From: Macrostomum lignano
Taxonomy: Eukaryota
NCBI GenBank assembly: GCA_002269645.1
Contig: NIVC01000578.1
Span: forward strand, 138,549 to 202,548
DNA: 64,000 nucleotides
Direction of reading: 5' to 3'
Below, piece by piece: positions 60,096 to 64,000 of this stretch. The position numbers and the translations under genes are program-made. Position 1 is the stretch's first letter. Each line of letters starts with the position of its first letter. The notes beneath the pieces are model-generated. The model searched no databases. It saw only the letters and a program-made list of their open reading frames with translations, and was not told the DNA's origin.

Positions 60096-61769
60096 TGTAG
60101 GACGCGTGAGTCGCAAGTGAGTACTAAAAATATCTTTCTCTGGTTTTTTATATCAATCCGATTTCCTTCTATCTCGATTCTCGTATTCCCTGTATTCTGC
60201 AATTCTGCAATTTCTTCCTGTATATGTTCTCAGCTTCAACACGCAGACATGATTGTAGATTGTGAGTTAAATATTAGTATATTACGATGCATACTCGATC
60301 GCAACTGCCATTTTATCTTTACTTTTAGGATCCGCAGTTTCACGAGTTTACTACAAGCCTGGCGATCGGTCATTCATGAACTGGAGTTATTTTAGAGACT
60401 GATTATATTGATTCTATCTTTATTGTTTACATTCTTGAACCCTAGAATTAGGTACAGCTTAAAATTCGGTGTTATAGAGGCCGGAGGGGTAATTTAGCTC
60501 AAAACTGTGTAGGAGGGGTGGAGGGGCCGGAAACTTAGTGGGAGGTGATGCCGCTGTATGTGGCTGAAATGGGGGATTTATTTTCTTAAACCCCAGTATA
60601 CGAGTATGAAATACTAATGGTATTGTATACAGTATTCCTACCTCCAATTCAAGCCAACAGAATTTTTGTAATATTTTACTTATCCCATTGATAATAATCA
60701 ACTAGCTGCACAACTGTAATTTCCATCTGTTACCATCTGGTTTTACTTTTAAGCACATATAAAATGCTATGAATATTTTCTTTCTTTTGCTGGCACCTAT
60801 TTTAGGTCAGATCGAATCAATACTTTCCGTATCAAAGTATTTATGTGTTTATGCTAGGTTGTAACTTATAAAATATATATATATATAGTTCAGACCTTGT
60901 CAAGCCTCGCACGAAATTCGTCTTTGTTCTTCCTTTATCTTTGGTGCAATATGGGAATAGAAAAAACTTGATGACCTGCACTGATAAGGAGTCAGGACAG
61001 TTTGTTTGTTTCGCATAGGTTCGCTTAAGCAGGCAAGAACGGTACAACGTAGAAATTCCCATATCACTTCTCTAGCCTTTCTTCTAACCCCCCCCCACCC
61101 AACTGAAATGAATTGGCCAAAATTAGCTGTCACCTCTAGGTTAAAATAATTCCTTGCATTGCCCTGTCATTACGGGTTATTGCCACTGGCCAGGAAATTC
61201 AAAACATTTTTCTAAGAGCAACTCAAAATGAGTAAGCTTTATACAGGCTATAATTGATGAGAGATTTCTGTTAATGAGAGATAAAGCCCACACGGGTTTT
61301 ATTGATGTCGGGTTGTAAAAGACGATCGCAAATAGAGAACAATATAGCGAGAATATTCAAGCTGGCGGACGTGCGCCGAGCTATAATTTTCTGTTAACTC
61401 GGGGATTCAGTAAGACTAGAATAATTGAGTGGCAAAAACTGTCATGAGAACGCAAAGGCACTTTGAAACCTTTATGATTCAGTGGATTTATTCATCCGGA
61501 AAAATGACAAGGCGGGGGTTAGATTGTTATTTATTCATGACCTGTCCCATTTGAGCTCTGACCGCCTCTGAATATGAAAACTGAGAAAATATCTATGTCT
61601 ATGTATCCCTCCTTATCAAAATGTGACTGAGTGACTGTGCCCTACTCGTAATCGGGGAGATAAATGAAGGGGAGACAGGGGAGACAGTCTCCTATCTCCA
61701 ATCTCCCATGTCTCTTATTTGCCATTATGCAGTTAACTGGGCCCGTCATGCATAGCCTACTGCAGGCTG

Positions 61770-61880
61770 CAGGGGTCAGCAAACTCCAGCCCACGGGCCA
61801 CATGCGGCCCGCAGTCTCTCTATCCAGCCCTCGGGTCCTTTCTAACTTCCCATGCCAATAACAATCCAGCCCGCTCAAGG
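61770..61880 (+). mobile_element. hAT (Charlie/MER-like) terminal fragment
   Basis: CAGGGGTCAGCAAACT...GCCCACGGGCCACATGCGGCCCGC matches the familiar hAT end consensus; partner end not seen. Confidence 0.65.
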
Positions 61881-61971
61881 TTTGCATCTCTTCTCAGCTT
61901 TTTTGCTAATTTCTTCTCCTTTTCTCATCAAAATCTCCCCTCTCTCCTCCTTTCCCCTCTTTCCTTGCTCC

Positions 61972-62157
61972 CAGTGGCGCAACCAGGGGGGGCGGGGGGG
62001 GGGGGGGGCCCCCCCTTAGGCGGAGACCCAGAAAAAATTGAAGGGGGGACCAAGCGAATTTTCGCCAAAAACAGAGCCTCCCCTCCGCCCCCTCCCTCAC
62101 GGGACTTTACCTTCCAGAATCCGCCCCCCCCTCAAAAAATTTCTGGTTGCCCTACTG
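61972..62157 (+). mobile_element. 186 bp hAT-type MITE
   Basis: Imperfect 15 bp TIRs (CAGTGGCGCAACCAG / CTGGTTGCCCTACTG); exact 8 bp TSD CTTGCTCC at 61964-61971 and 62158-62165. Confidence 0.85.
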
Positions 62158-62495
62158 CTTGCTCCCTTCCTCTGACATCTCTCCTTTCGCCTCTCTCCTC
62201 TCTCCCTTTATCTCCCTTCTTTCTCTCATCTCGCCTCTCTCCTCTCTTCCCTCCTCTCACATCTCACATCTCTCCCCTCTCCCCTCCACTCTCCTCCTTC
62301 TGGCCCGCAGTCTTGAGCTAGATTCTCTATCTGGCACTTAAAGTAAAATAGTTAGCCAATCCCTCGCAAGGAATTTCGATCATTACAATGAGCAAAAGTT
62401 GACATTAACAAAATTTTGGCGGGCGCGTTGTGCCAAGCCTGAACAGCTTCTCTAGACAGCACTCTGTGCTCTCCAGAATTACTTGAACTGTTAGC

Positions 62496-62640
62496 AGTGG
62501 CGCAAGCAGAATTTCTTATGTGGGGGGGGGGCGGATTCTGAAGGGTAAAGACCCAAGGGGGGCGGAGGGGTGGCTCTGTATTTTGGCAAAAATGCGCTTG
62601 GTCCCCCTTTAATACAGCTTGGCAAACCTGATTGATTTTC
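62496..62640 (-). mobile_element. Second, inverted and truncated copy of the same MITE family
   Basis: 62496-62615 matches the reverse complement of ~62040-62157 (GGGGCGGATTCTG; GGCTCTGT.TTTGGC.AAAAT.CGCTTGGTCCCCC). Confidence 0.7.
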
Positions 62641-63038
62641 CGGGATTTCCCCTGTCCTAGTTGTATTTCTCTAAAATTCTGGAAGATAAATCGAGATTCT
62701 AGATAATAGCTGCATCTAAGATTAGTTTGTTTTGCTATCGCATTGTACCGTACAATTAATTATTGAAAATTTTAAACCTTTGCTGGCATACGCATATGTT
62801 ATCTTTGACCTTACCTGTTGTTTAATAGGTAAATTATTACTGTATGGAGGTACATGTAGATATAGGCATTTTGACTGTCAACTGTCCACCCCATACAAGC
62901 ATACGGCTTTCAAATAATTATGCAACCTTGTGCAAGGGTATGCCGCCTACTTACATGTAAAACTTTGAAATGAGTATTTATTTACGCCACTATCCAAGGG
63001 GGGGGCGCGGCCGCGGGAGACCGACAGCGGAGACCGCC

Positions 63039-63690
63039 ACAATTTGCCCGCCAGACAATTTGCCCGCCAGACAATTTGCCCGCCAGACAATTTGCCCGCC
63101 AGACAATTTGCCCGCCAGACAATTTGCCCGCCAGACAATTTGCCCGCCAGACAATTTGCCCGCCAGACAATTTGCCCGCCAGACAATTTGCCCGCCAGAC
63201 AATTTGCCCGCCAGACAATTTGCCCGCCAGACAATTTGCCCGCCAGACAATTTGCCCGCCAGACAATTTGCCCGCCAGACAATTTGCCCGCCAGACAATT
63301 TGCCCGCCAGACAATTTGCCCGCCAGACAATTTGCCCGCCAGACAATTTGCCCGCCAGACAATTTGCCCGCCAGACAATTTGCCCGCCAGACAATTTGCC
63401 CGCCAGACAATTTGCCCGCCAGACAATTTGCCCGCCAGACAATTTGCCCGCCAGACAATTTGCCCGCCAGACAATTTGCCCGCCAGACAATTTGCCCGCC
63501 AGACAATTTGCCCGCCAGACAATTTGCCCGCCAGACAATTTGCCCGCCAGACAATTTGCCCGCCAGACAATTTGCCCGCCAGACAATTTGCCCGCCAGAC
63601 AATTTGCCCGCCAGACAATTTGCCCGCCAGACAATTTGCCCGCCAGACAATTTGCCCGCCAGACAATTTGCCCGCCAGACAATTTGCCCC
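63039..63690. repeat. Perfect 16 bp tandem array (ACAATTTGCCCGCCAG), ~41 copies
   Basis: No variant units seen; all six frames stay open and give artefact ORFs. Confidence 0.98.
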
Positions 63691-64000
63691 TATTTCACCT
63701 TGAATAGAACGGCGATCAAATTGTGGCGGTCAAATGTACTCGTAGATGTAGTAGACCCGGCGGCCGCCCCCTTTGCCATGGCTGGACTTGCATATAAGGG
63801 GGGTAAATTTTGAGCTTACTTTGGCTTTTTAGACCAAAACAAAAATTTGGGAAAATCTGCCCCCACTACTTTAAAAATCCTGAATTGACCACCAAATCGG
63901 ACTCATCTAAATGAAAACTTAAGAATACAAGCAACATTGTACATGCGCTAGTGCTTAAGTAGTGGAGTATTAAAAAATATATTTTTTGTTGCGTTGATTT

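Larger units (their letters stand above)
54217..60400. mobile_element. CACTA/EnSpm (CMC)-type DNA transposon; left end tentative, right end not located
   Basis: Intact transposase plus a divergent spliced partner gene; candidate terminus CCCAGTGGG at 54217 followed by GC-rich subterminal repeats (GGCGCCCGGTGG twice). The right boundary is approximate. Confidence 0.65.

Noticed and set aside
61180-61745. Candidate right TIR of the CACTA element (CCACTGGC at ~61185 or AACTGGG at ~61735)
   Set aside because: Poor match to the reverse complement of CCCAGTGGGAAATT, no matching TSD and no subterminal repeats.

Overview
Eukaryotic (metazoan) genomic DNA with GC-rich spliced exons, AT-rich spacers and a different minisatellite in almost every intron. 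The style resembles the flatworm Macrostomum, but that is inference only. Left half (1-35 kb), three host genes: an unassigned coiled-coil gene (+), a ~2331-aa hillarin/KY-like gene with an apparently inactive transglutaminase-like domain and a 5-kb first coding exon (-), and a complete 16-exon PDIA5 orthologue (+) with a tRNA/CORE SINE in intron 6. Right half (38.7-64 kb), a nested mobile-element cluster: a secreted WSC-domain gene and its inverted partial copy disrupted by a solo LTR; a near-intact full-length LOA-type LINE (13-bp TSD); a truncated DIRS/Ngaro gag-RT-RNaseH cassette; a second, 3'-truncated LOA-type LINE; a CACTA/EnSpm transposon with an intact transposase and a divergent 5-exon partner gene; and hAT-type MITEs. 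Best finding: two diverged direct repeats (47397-47602 and 50376-50581) both fold by hand into a complete HDV/CPEB3-like double-pseudoknot ribozyme with a large covarying J1/2 insertion. They bracket the DIRS cassette, and the predicted cleavage site of the second lies right where the DIRS RNase H homology ends. All structures and gene models were derived manually; none is computationally or experimentally verified.
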